DNA from: Gaiellaceae bacterium
GTDB taxonomy: Bacteria; Actinomycetota; Thermoleophilia; Gaiellales; Gaiellaceae
DNA: 64,000 nucleotides
Assembly (NCBI GenBank): GCA_036000665.1
Contig: DASYUZ010000112.1
Coordinates: 19,442 to 83,441, forward strand
Direction of reading: 5' to 3'
Made by a program: the position numbers and the translations under genes. The notes beneath the pieces are model-generated. The model had not been told where the DNA came from, did not search any database, and worked only from the letters and a program-made list of their open reading frames with translations. Of the stretch, positions 8,798-17,690 are shown one piece after another; position 1 is the first letter of the stretch; each line of letters begins with the position of its first letter.

Positions 8798-10444
8798 TTG
8801 GGCTCGGGATCGCAGACGGACGTACGGGCGAAGCCCGCACGTCCTGAAGCGGGCACCGCAAGCGGTGCCCTAGTGGCGGGCTACGACGCCGTTCTCGTCG
8901 GCAGCGGGATCAACTCGCTGGCGTGCGGCGCGCTGCTGGCGCGCGCGGGCTGGCGCGTCGCGGTCTTCGAGCGGGAGGAGGTGCTCGGCGGCGCGATTCG
9001 TACCGCGGAGATCACCGAGCCGGGCTACGTGCACGACGTCTTCAGCGCGTGGCATCCGCTCTGGGTCGGAGGCGCCGCCCACGCAGAGCTCGGCGAGGAG
9101 CTCGCCGCGCGCGGGCTCGAGTACCTGAACACCGAGCTCCCGACGGCGACGCTCTTCCCGGACGGAGAGAGTGCGTTCCTGCTGCGGACAGCGGAGCGCA
9201 ACGCCGAGGAGCTCGGCGCGGAGTGGACAGGGGTGCTCGAGTCGTTCTTCCCGAACGCCGACCTGGCCTTCGGAATCCTCGGCACAGAGCTCTGGTCGAA
9301 GGCCGGGCTCGCGCTCGCGGCAAAGGCGTACCGCCGCCTGGGCCGGCGCGGCCTTGCCGAGTTCGTCGGCGGCCTCACGATCTCGGCGAGAGACTGGCTC
9401 GAGCAGACGTTCGCCTCCGAACGTGCCCACGGGTTACTCGCGCCGTGGGTGCTGCACACGGGGCTGGGGCCGGACGCAGCGACCTCCGGCTACATGGCGC
9501 AGGTGATCGCGGTGGCGGTCCAGGAGGGCGGGATGCCGATCCCGCGCGGCGGCGGCGCCAAGCTCGTCGCCGCACTGGCCCAGCTGATCTCCGACCACGG
9601 CGGGACGTGTGAAACCGGGCGTGACGTGGAGCGTGTGCTCGTGCGCGAAGGGCGCGCGACCGGCGTGCGGCTGGCGGACGGTGAGACCGTGAACGCGGCA
9701 CGGGCCGTGATCGCAAACGTCACGCCGACGCAGCTCTACGGGCGTCTGCTCGCCGTCGCGGCCCCGCCGTTCCGGTACGGCCGCGCGAGCATGCAGATTC
9801 ATCTCGCACTCTCCGAGCCTCCTCGCTGGGACGGCGACGAGCGGCTGGCGGGGACGGCCCTCGTTCACGTCACGCCGGGACTCGACGGCGTCTCCAAAGC
9901 GGTCAACGAAGCCGACCGCGGTCTGTTGCCGAAAGAGGCAACGATCGTCGTCGGCCAGCCGCTGACGATGGACCCGTCGCGCGCGCCCGAAGGGGCGGGC
10001 CTGCTCTGGATTCAGCTCCAGGAGCTTCCGTGGCGCGTCCGCGGTGACGCCGCCGGCGAGCTCGACGTCGGCGACGGCACCTGGACCGAGAGGTTGCGCG
10101 AGCGGTACGCCGACCGCATCGTCGCGCGACTCGCGCGCCAGATCCCCAACCTCGAGTCGGCGATCAAGATGCGCGCGGTCCTCTCGCCGGCCGATTTAGA
10201 GGCGGCGAACATCAACCTCGTGCACGGCGATCCGTACTCCGGGGCCCTGACGCTCGACCAGAACTTCCTCTGGCGGCCGTTTCCTGCGAGGCCGGGTCAC
10301 GCGACGGAAGTCGAACGCCTGTGGCACATCGGCGCGAGCACACATCCCGGGCCCGGCCTCGGCGCCGGGTCTGGGACGATGGTCGCGAAGCGGCTGCTCC
10401 AGCCGTCGCCGCTCGAGCGCGTGGGCGCGCTCGCGCGCAGATGA
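8798..10444 (+). CDS. NAD(P)/FAD-dependent oxidoreductase (phytoene-desaturase-like)
   Basis: Rossmann motif DAVLVGSGINSLACGALLARAG..VFEREEVLGG is present. The start is uncertain: TTG 8798 or GTG 8873, which lies just before the dinucleotide-binding fold. Confidence 0.75.
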   Translation: MGSGSQTDVRAKPARPEAGTASGALVAGYDAVLVGSGINSLACGALLARAGWRVAVFEREEVLGGAIRTAEITEPGYVHDVFSAWHPLWVGGAAHAELGEELAARGLEYLNTELPTATLFPDGESAFLLRTAERNAEELGAEWTGVLESFFPNADLAFGILGTELWSKAGLALAAKAYRRLGRRGLAEFVGGLTISARDWLEQTFASERAHGLLAPWVLHTGLGPDAATSGYMAQVIAVAVQEGGMPIPRGGGAKLVAALAQLISDHGGTCETGRDVERVLVREGRATGVRLADGETVNAARAVIANVTPTQLYGRLLAVAAPPFRYGRASMQIHLALSEPPRWDGDERLAGTALVHVTPGLDGVSKAVNEADRGLLPKEATIVVGQPLTMDPSRAPEGAGLLWIQLQELPWRVRGDAAGELDVGDGTWTERLRERYADRIVARLARQIPNLESAIKMRAVLSPADLEAANINLVHGDPYSGALTLDQNFLWRPFPARPGHATEVERLWHIGASTHPGPGLGAGSGTMVAKRLLQPSPLERVGALARR

Positions 10445-11223
10445 GACCGTCGATCTCGCAGATCACGACGGTAGGCCAGTCGTTCGCCGACGACCTCGAC
10501 GCCTACCGCGCGGCAGACGCGGCGGGTATCGGCATCTGGGAGATGAAGCTCGCGGACGACTCGCTGGAGCGGTTCCGTGCGAGCGGCCTCGAGTCCGCAG
10601 CCGCAATCCCGGCGGTGCCGTCCATCCTGCCGCTGCCGCTGATGGAAGGACCCGCCGATCCGGACGAGCGCGTCGAGGCGCTCTGCGCAAGCATCAGGCG
10701 TTTGGCGCCCTTCGAGCCGCTCTGCGTGCTCTTCCTGACCGGTCCCGGCGACCGAGACCGGGCGGTCGAGGGGATCCGCGCGCTCGCAGAGGAAGGTGAG
10801 CGTGCGGGGGTGCGCGTGGCGCTCGAGCCGATCCAGCGCGAGTTCGCCGACCTTTGGACGATCCCCACCTCGCTGGCGGAGGCCGCCGCCCTGCTCGACG
10901 AGGCAGGCCGCCGCGACGTCGGCCTCGTGTACGACGTCTGGCACCTCTGGAACCAGCCCCTCGAGGAGATCGAGCCCTACCGCGAACGGATCGCGGCCGT
11001 GCACATCGCCGACTGGCGCGATCCGACTCGCACCACGAACGACCGCGTGCTGCCCGGTGACGGCGTAATCGAGTTCGGCCCGATCTTCGACGCCCTGCGC
11101 TGGGAGGGCCTCTACGACCTGGAGATCTTCTCCGACGCGGAGCTGCCGGACTCGCTTTGGCGCGAGGACCCACGCGAGCTCGCCCGGCGCGGAGTGGAGG
11201 CGCTGTCGAACGTGTTTGCGTAG
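10441..11223 (+). CDS. Sugar-phosphate isomerase/epimerase (xylose-isomerase-like TIM barrel) family protein
   Basis: ATG 10441 lies in an ATGA overlap. The 260-aa product has an AP-endonuclease-2/TIM-like pattern (VALEPI, VYDVWHLW, VHIADW). Confidence 0.7.
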   Translation: MRPSISQITTVGQSFADDLDAYRAADAAGIGIWEMKLADDSLERFRASGLESAAAIPAVPSILPLPLMEGPADPDERVEALCASIRRLAPFEPLCVLFLTGPGDRDRAVEGIRALAEEGERAGVRVALEPIQREFADLWTIPTSLAEAAALLDEAGRRDVGLVYDVWHLWNQPLEEIEPYRERIAAVHIADWRDPTRTTNDRVLPGDGVIEFGPIFDALRWEGLYDLEIFSDAELPDSLWREDPRELARRGVEALSNVFA

Positions 11224-12125
11224 TCGGCGCCGGAGTCATCGGCAGCCTGTACGCCGCACACCTCGCCCGCGTGTGCGACGTCTCGGTGCTCTGCCGCCGC
11301 GAGGAGCATGCCCGCTCGCTCGAGCAGCACGGCTTGCGTGTCTCCGGCCGTCACGACTTCACCTCGCGCCTGCGTGCGTCCACCGACGCGGCGACGCTGC
11401 CGGACACGGACCTCGTGATCGTCGCGACCAAGACCAACGAGCTGGAAGACGCAGCGCGCAGGATCGCGGGCTTCTTCCCGAGCGCGGCGATCATGACTGT
11501 GCAGAACGGCCTCGGCGCCGAGGAGGTCGTCCGGCGGCACGGGCACTGGCCGCTCATCTCCGCCGTGACGTTCATGAGCGGCACGCGCCACGAGGACACC
11601 CACGTCGAGTACATCCTCGACACCGAGACCTGGCTCGGGCCCTACGAGCAAACGCCCTACGAGCTCGTCGAGGCCGCGGCCGAGCTGATCGTCCGCTCCG
11701 AGCTGAAGGCGCGCGCGTTCCGCGATCTGCGCCCCGCGCAATGGTCGAAGTTGATCTTCAACGCGACGGTGAACTCGGTCGCGGCGCTCACGGGCCTGCC
11801 GCACGACCCGCACTTCGCCGAGCGGGACCGGCCCGACGGCCTGGGCCACCTCGTCTACGACCTGATCGAAGAGGGCAAGCGCGTCGCCGCAGCTGCGGGC
11901 GTCACGCTCCACGAGGATCCGTGGGAGATGAACGTGCTCGCGACGCAGCGCGGCTTCCGCCACTACCCGTCCATGCTCGAGGACGTCGAGGCGCGGCGCC
12001 CGACCGAGATCGACGCGATCACCGGTGCGCTTGTCCGGGAGGCCGAGCGCCTCGGCGAGCCGGTGCCGCTTCAGGCCGCGATGTACCGGCTGGTGAAGGC
12101 CCGAGAGGCGTCGTGGACTGGTTGA
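11157..12125 (+). CDS. 2-dehydropantoate 2-reductase family (PanE/ApbA-like) oxidoreductase
   Basis: The VCVVGAGVIGSLYAAHLA Rossmann N-terminus and PSMLEDVEARRPTEIDAITG C-terminal motif are present. The only canonical start is TTG 11157, 67 nt inside the upstream gene, so the start is uncertain. Confidence 0.7.
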   Translation: MARGPTRARPARSGGAVERVCVVGAGVIGSLYAAHLARVCDVSVLCRREEHARSLEQHGLRVSGRHDFTSRLRASTDAATLPDTDLVIVATKTNELEDAARRIAGFFPSAAIMTVQNGLGAEEVVRRHGHWPLISAVTFMSGTRHEDTHVEYILDTETWLGPYEQTPYELVEAAAELIVRSELKARAFRDLRPAQWSKLIFNATVNSVAALTGLPHDPHFAERDRPDGLGHLVYDLIEEGKRVAAAAGVTLHEDPWEMNVLATQRGFRHYPSMLEDVEARRPTEIDAITGALVREAERLGEPVPLQAAMYRLVKAREASWTG

Positions 12126-12165
12126 ATTGCCGCCTGAGACCGGGTCAACGGAGGAGGAGGCGGCA

Positions 12166-13365
12166 ATGAGACGGTCCGGAAAGGTGAGTACGGCCGCGGT
12201 GTTCCTCATGGCGACGGCACTCGCACTGCTCGCGGCGTTGGGGGGCAGCGCCTCGGCGGCGGCGAAGAAGCCGATCGTGATCGGCTGGGCGTTCGACAGC
12301 TCGGGCCAGATGGCGCCGTTCGACGGGCCTGCGCTCGCCGCGGCGAAGATCCGCATCAAGCAGATCAACGCCAAGGGCGGCGTGAGCGGGCGTCCGCTCC
12401 GAATCAACACCTGTGACACGCAGAACAACAACGCCGCCCGCGCGAAGTCGTGTGCCGCGAGCCTGCTCGGCGGAGGTGCGCAGGTCATCTTCACGACGTG
12501 CGACGTCGACTTCGCGACGCCGGTCGTCCAGGAGGCGATCAACCGCGGCGTTCTGGCGATCGCGCCGTGCATCGGCACCGACCAGATGGGGCCGAAGCGC
12601 TTCGGCGCCAAGGGCCGGCTCGCGTTCAGCTTCGGCAACGTCGCGCAGGACGAAGGCTCGGCGATGGCGGAGGTCGCGTACCGCCGCGGCTGGCGGACCG
12701 CGGCCCTCGCCACGAACACGCTGCTCGTCTACTTCAAGAACGTCGTTCAGGCGTTCGAGAAGCGGTTCGTGCAGCTCGGCGGACGCATCGTCGCACGCGA
12801 GAGCTACGCGAGCTTCGCGAACAACGTCGGCGCCGCTGTGAGCAGGTTGAACGGCGTGCGCGCCAACGTGATCGTCACGTCGACGGCGTTCGCAGAGTTG
12901 CCCGCGCTCGTTTCCGGCCTGCGTTCCCTCGGCAACCAGACGCCGATCCTGAACTCGTGGGCCGGCGACGGCACGTACTGGGTGACCAGCAACCCGCAGG
13001 TGACGAACTACTACTTCGTCACGTACGCGTCGGTGTTCGGCGACGATCCAAACAAGGCCGTGCGCTCGATGATCGCCGAGCTGAAGAAGGCGGGCGCGGC
13101 CCCCGGGACCGGCGGCTTCGTCGGCGGGGCGGCGGCAATCGACGGCGTCGTGGACGCGATCAAGCGTGCGAACGGATCGACGCGCGGTGCGACGCTCTCG
13201 GCGCAACTGGAGAAGTTCAAGAAGGTGCCGGCGCTCGGGGGCAGGGTCAGCTTCTCGCGCCAGCTCCACACCGTGTTCGGACGGCAGTACCGGGTGATCC
13301 GGATCCAGAACAATCGCGCGCGGGTGATCGGCACGGTGACTGCGAAGGTCGTACCGAAGCTGTAG
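12166..13365 (+). CDS. ABC transporter substrate-binding protein (branched-chain amino acid/amide type)
   Basis: GGAGGAGGAGG SD precedes ATG 12166. There is a signal peptide (AVFLMATALALLAALGGSASAAA) and a periplasmic-binding type-I-like body. Confidence 0.85.
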   Translation: MRRSGKVSTAAVFLMATALALLAALGGSASAAAKKPIVIGWAFDSSGQMAPFDGPALAAAKIRIKQINAKGGVSGRPLRINTCDTQNNNAARAKSCAASLLGGGAQVIFTTCDVDFATPVVQEAINRGVLAIAPCIGTDQMGPKRFGAKGRLAFSFGNVAQDEGSAMAEVAYRRGWRTAALATNTLLVYFKNVVQAFEKRFVQLGGRIVARESYASFANNVGAAVSRLNGVRANVIVTSTAFAELPALVSGLRSLGNQTPILNSWAGDGTYWVTSNPQVTNYYFVTYASVFGDDPNKAVRSMIAELKKAGAAPGTGGFVGGAAAIDGVVDAIKRANGSTRGATLSAQLEKFKKVPALGGRVSFSRQLHTVFGRQYRVIRIQNNRARVIGTVTAKVVPKL

Positions 13366-13371
13366 CGCGGC

Positions 13372-14139
13372 TTGGTCGACCGTCCGGTCTCGGCAACGAC
13401 GGAGAGGCCCGGAGACGTGCTCCGGGCCTCGTCCGTCTCGCGGTCATTCGAGGGAGTCCGGGCGCTCGCGGAGGTCACGTTCGAGCTGCATCGCAACGAG
13501 GTCGTCGGCCTGATCGGGCCGAACGGGGCCGGCAAGTCGACGCTGGTGAACGTGCTCAGCGGATTCGACGCGCCCACGGCGGGCGAGGTGCGCCTCGGCG
13601 ACCGCAACATCACGAGCTGGAGCGCTCACCGCCGTGCGCGCGCCGGTCTCGCCCGCACCTTTCAGCACAGCCGCTCGTTCCGCGGCCTGACCGTACGCGA
13701 GAACGTCGAGGTCGCAGCGCTGGGGACCGGCGCACGGTCGAGGAGCGCGCGGCGGCGCGCCGACGAGCTGCTCGAGCTGCTCGGCCTCGAAACCCGGGCC
13801 GAGGTCCCGGCGGCCGTCCTCGCCCACGGCGACGAGCGCCGTTTGGGCGTCGCGCGTGCACTCGCGACCGAGCCTGCGTTCGTGCTGATGGACGAGCCCG
13901 CCGCCGGGTTGTCCGAGGCCGAGGTTCCCGACTTCGCGGCGGTCGTGCGCTCGGTGCGCGACGATCACGAGGCCGGCGTCCTGCTGATCGACCACAACAT
14001 GGCGCTCGTGATGGACGTCTGCGACCGGATTCAGGTGCTCGACCAGGGCCGCACGCTCGCCGAGGGGACGCCGTCCGAGATCCGCGGCAACCTCGACGTC
14101 GCCGCCGCTTACCTCGGCGAGCCGGCGGTGAGCGAATGA
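13372..14139 (+). CDS. ABC transporter ATP-binding protein (LivG-like)
   Basis: Walker A GPNGAGKST is present. An alternative start is GTG 13417. Confidence 0.85.
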   Translation: MVDRPVSATTERPGDVLRASSVSRSFEGVRALAEVTFELHRNEVVGLIGPNGAGKSTLVNVLSGFDAPTAGEVRLGDRNITSWSAHRRARAGLARTFQHSRSFRGLTVRENVEVAALGTGARSRSARRRADELLELLGLETRAEVPAAVLAHGDERRLGVARALATEPAFVLMDEPAAGLSEAEVPDFAAVVRSVRDDHEAGVLLIDHNMALVMDVCDRIQVLDQGRTLAEGTPSEIRGNLDVAAAYLGEPAVSE

Positions 14140-14843
14140 CGATGCTCGAGGTCGACGGCCTCGAGGTTCGCTACGGCGCGATTCCGGCCGTCAGGAACCT
14201 CAGCCTGGACGTTGGAGAGGGCGAGATCGTCGGTCTGATCGGTCCGAACGGCGCCGGGAAGTCGACGACGCTCCACGCGATCACCGGGCTCATCCCCGCG
14301 CACTCCGGCGACGTACGGCTCGACGGGCGCCCGATCCTCGGCCTTCCGCCCGAGGCGATCGCGCGGGCGGGAGTGGCGCTCGTGCCCGAGGGACGGCGGA
14401 TCTTCGCCGACTTCACCGTCGAGGAGAACCTGCGGCTCGGCCTCGCCGCACGCCGCGCCGGTGACGGCCGCGGCGCGCTCGCCGAGGCGTTCGACCTCTT
14501 CCCCGTCCTGCGTGAGTTCCGCGGCCGCTCGGCCGGGGCGCTCTCCGGCGGCCAGCAGCAGCAGCTTGCGATCGGCAGGGCGCTCGTCGCGGGACCGAGG
14601 GTGCTCCTGCTCGACGAGCCGTCGCTCGGGCTCGCGCCGACGGTCGTCGACGAGGTGTTCGGTGCACTCGTTCGGATCCGGGAGCGGGGCGTCACGATTC
14701 TCCTCGTCGAGCAGCGCGCCCAGCGCACGGTCGCGCTCGCGGACCGGACGCAGGTGCTCGCGAACGGCGAGCTGCGCATGACGCTGGGGCCGGAGGATGC
14801 GGACGACACGGCCAAGATGATCGCCGCCTACCTGAGCGGATGA
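14136..14843 (+). CDS. ABC transporter ATP-binding protein (LivF-like)
   Basis: ATGA overlap. Walker A GPNGAGKST, signature LSGGQQQQ and Walker B LLLDEPS are present. Confidence 0.9.
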   Translation: MTMLEVDGLEVRYGAIPAVRNLSLDVGEGEIVGLIGPNGAGKSTTLHAITGLIPAHSGDVRLDGRPILGLPPEAIARAGVALVPEGRRIFADFTVEENLRLGLAARRAGDGRGALAEAFDLFPVLREFRGRSAGALSGGQQQQLAIGRALVAGPRVLLLDEPSLGLAPTVVDEVFGALVRIRERGVTILLVEQRAQRTVALADRTQVLANGELRMTLGPEDADDTAKMIAAYLSG

Positions 14844-15751
14844 GCACGCCGCTTGCTGCCCTCGACGCCCAGACGATCGTGGACGCGGTCGGGCTGGGCG
14901 CCGTGTACGCGCTGATGGCCGTCGGGATCGGGCTCGTCTTCGGCGTGCTGAGGCTCGTCAACTTCGCCTACGGCCAGCTGGTCATGGTCGGCGCGTACAC
15001 GATCGCGTTCACGGCGGGCTGGCCGGTCGCGGCCAGCATCGCCGCGTGCTTCGTCGTCGTCGTCGCGCTCTCGGTCGTCATGGACCGCGTGCTCTTCCGG
15101 CCGCTGCGCGGGCAGTCGCCCGCGGTGATGCTGGTCGCGACGTTCGCGGTCGCGTTCATGCTGCAAGCGGCAGCACTGCTCATCGACATCCGCGACGGCA
15201 CGATCGGCGAGATCGCCACCTCGATCGCGTCCTTCAACCAGGCGATCGTCGTCGCGGGCGTGGAAGTGCGCAAGATCACGATCGCGTCGGTGGTCGTCGC
15301 GGCGGTCGCTCTCGGCTTGCTGGCGCTCCTGCTCGCGCGGACGACGATCGGTCTGCACATGCGCGCCGCGGCCGCCGACTTCGGCACGGCGCGGCTTCTG
15401 GGCGTTCGCGCGAGCCGCGTGATCGCGTTCGCGGTCGTCCTCTCCGGGCTGCTCGCGGCGACCGTGGCGGTCATCCTCACGGTGCAGAACCCGTTCGTCG
15501 GGCCTGACTTCGCGCTCCGCGAGACGATCGTCGTCCTGGTCGGCGTGGTCGTCGGAGGGATCGATCGGCTCTGGACCGCGACCCTGGGCGGCTTCGCGAT
15601 CGGCTTCGCGACCGGGGTGATCAACGGCGTGCTCCCGACCGACAAGAGCGTCTACCTGCCGTCGGCCGTCTTCGCGCTCGTGATCCTGGTCCTGCTCGTC
15701 CGCCCTGCCGGGCTGTTCGCCTGGGGACGTCGGGCCGCGGAGCGGGTATGA
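14840..15751 (+). CDS. Branched-chain amino acid ABC transporter permease (LivH-like)
   Basis: ATGA overlap. 303-aa polytopic membrane protein of LivH type. Confidence 0.9.
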   Translation: MSTPLAALDAQTIVDAVGLGAVYALMAVGIGLVFGVLRLVNFAYGQLVMVGAYTIAFTAGWPVAASIAACFVVVVALSVVMDRVLFRPLRGQSPAVMLVATFAVAFMLQAAALLIDIRDGTIGEIATSIASFNQAIVVAGVEVRKITIASVVVAAVALGLLALLLARTTIGLHMRAAAADFGTARLLGVRASRVIAFAVVLSGLLAATVAVILTVQNPFVGPDFALRETIVVLVGVVVGGIDRLWTATLGGFAIGFATGVINGVLPTDKSVYLPSAVFALVILVLLVRPAGLFAWGRRAAERV

Positions 15752-16773
15752 GGCGGACGCTCGACGCACTCGTGCAGCTGCTGGTTCCCGCGGCCCTGGT
15801 CGCCGCGGTCGGGTTCGGGGCGACGCTCGTCAGCCGCGCGATCGAGATCTACTTCCTCGACGCGCTCGTCTCCGTGGCGATCGTCGTCGCGCTGTACGTC
15901 TTCATCGGAAACTCTGGCGTGCTCTCGTTCGGTCAGCTCAGCTTCGTCGCGGTCGGCGCGTTCGCCGCCGGCGTGATGACGATCCCGCTCGACTCGAAGA
16001 CGAACGTGCTGCCGCAGCTCTTGCCGGCGCTGCGCGACCACACGATCGGCAACGTGCCGTCGCTCGTGCTCGGCGCGGCGGTCGGTGGCGCGTTCGCGTT
16101 CCTCGTCGGCCTCCCGCTGATGCGGTTGTCCGGGCTCGCGGCAGGCATCGCCACCTTCGCGGTGCTGGAGGTCACGCACAACGTCCTGCGCGAGTGGAAC
16201 AAGATCGGGCCGGGCGCGACGACGCTCTCACTCGTCCCCGAGACGACCGGCCCGCTCCAGGCGACGCTCGGCGCCCTCGTTGCGATCGCCGCCGCGTTCG
16301 CGTACCAGCGGAGCCGGCTGGGGCGGCAGGTCAGGGCAACGCGCGAGGACGCCGCCGCCGCCCGGGGCGTCGGGATCAACGTCCACCGCCAACGGCTCTG
16401 GGCGTTCACGCTCTCGGGCGCGCTCGCCGGCTTCTCCGGCGGGCTGCTCGTGCACGAGCTCGGCTCGATCACGATCGAGCAGGTCTACCTCGAGCTCACG
16501 TTCCTGACGCTCGCGATGCTCGTCGTCGGCGGCGCTTCGAGCCTGTGGGGTGCGGTACTGGGCGCACTCGCCGTCAGCGGCTTGAACTCGTTCCTGATCG
16601 AGGCCGAGCAAGGTGTCGACGTGGGCGTCACGCTCGACCTCCCGTCAGGTACGCGGTTGATCATCCTCGGCGGACTGATGGCGCTCGTGCTGATCCTGCG
16701 GCCGTCCGGCCTGACCGGAGGACGCGAGCTCCGGCTGCCGGTTCGCCGGCGCCTTGCGGAGGCCGGCAGGTGA
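15748..16773 (+). CDS. Branched-chain amino acid ABC transporter permease (LivM-like)
   Basis: ATGA overlap. 341-aa polytopic membrane protein of LivM type. Confidence 0.9.
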   Translation: MRRTLDALVQLLVPAALVAAVGFGATLVSRAIEIYFLDALVSVAIVVALYVFIGNSGVLSFGQLSFVAVGAFAAGVMTIPLDSKTNVLPQLLPALRDHTIGNVPSLVLGAAVGGAFAFLVGLPLMRLSGLAAGIATFAVLEVTHNVLREWNKIGPGATTLSLVPETTGPLQATLGALVAIAAAFAYQRSRLGRQVRATREDAAAARGVGINVHRQRLWAFTLSGALAGFSGGLLVHELGSITIEQVYLELTFLTLAMLVVGGASSLWGAVLGALAVSGLNSFLIEAEQGVDVGVTLDLPSGTRLIILGGLMALVLILRPSGLTGGRELRLPVRRRLAEAGR

Positions 16774-17690
16774 GGATCTGCATCGTCGGCTGCGGCGCGG
16801 TCGGCTCGCTGTTCGCCGCCAACCTCGCCCGCCTCGACGACGTCGAGGTCTGGGCCTACGACCTCGCGGAAGCGCACGTGCGCGCGATCAACGAACGCGG
16901 CCTGCGCCTGTCCGGCGCGGACGACGTCGTCGGCGCCGTCCGCGCGACCGCCGACGCAGCGGAGCTACCCGAGTGCGAGTTCGGAATCGTCGCGACGAAG
17001 AGCATGCACACGTCGTCGGCTCTCGCCGCGACGGCGCACGCCTTCGCGGACGGCTGTGTCTGCTCGGTGCAGAACGGTGTCGGGAACGAGGAAGAGATCG
17101 CTGCGTACGTGCGCCACGTCATCCGCGGGACGACGTTCCCCGCGGGCGCTCTCGTGGAGCCGGGTCACGTGCGCTGGGACGTGAAGGGCGACACGACGAT
17201 CGGTCCGTTCGAGCCCAGCCCGGCGCCCGCGGATGCGATCGCGCGGCTTGCCGAGGCGTGCACGCGCGCGGGGATGCCGACGCAGGCGGTCGCCGACGCG
17301 CGCGGCCCGCAGTGGCGCAAGCTGATCTTCAACGCGGCGACGAACCCGATCGGCGCCCTCACCGGCCTCACGCACGGCCGCGTCTGCGAGGATCCGGCGC
17401 TGCGCCGCCTCGTGAGCGCGATCGTCATGGAGGGCAAGCAGGTATGCGCGGCGCAGGGGATCGAGCTCGACTCGGACCCGGAGGACTTGATCGACTACGC
17501 GGCGCGGCCCGACGTCGCGTACGACCACAAGGCGAGCATGCTGCAGGACGTGGAGGCGCGACGGCAGACCGAGATCGACTACCTGAACGGCGGCATCGTG
17601 CGCCACGGGCGCGAGCACGGCGTCCCGACGCCGCTGAACGAGGCCGTGACCGCACTGGTCAAGGCACTGGAACGCGCGTGGCAGGCGTGA
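16770..17690 (+). CDS. 2-dehydropantoate 2-reductase family (PanE/ApbA-like) oxidoreductase, second copy
   Basis: GTG 16770 lies in a GTGA overlap. Motifs ICIVGCGAVGSLFAANLA and ASMLQDVEARRQTEIDYLNG are present. Confidence 0.8.
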   Translation: MRICIVGCGAVGSLFAANLARLDDVEVWAYDLAEAHVRAINERGLRLSGADDVVGAVRATADAAELPECEFGIVATKSMHTSSALAATAHAFADGCVCSVQNGVGNEEEIAAYVRHVIRGTTFPAGALVEPGHVRWDVKGDTTIGPFEPSPAPADAIARLAEACTRAGMPTQAVADARGPQWRKLIFNAATNPIGALTGLTHGRVCEDPALRRLVSAIVMEGKQVCAAQGIELDSDPEDLIDYAARPDVAYDHKASMLQDVEARRQTEIDYLNGGIVRHGREHGVPTPLNEAVTALVKALERAWQA

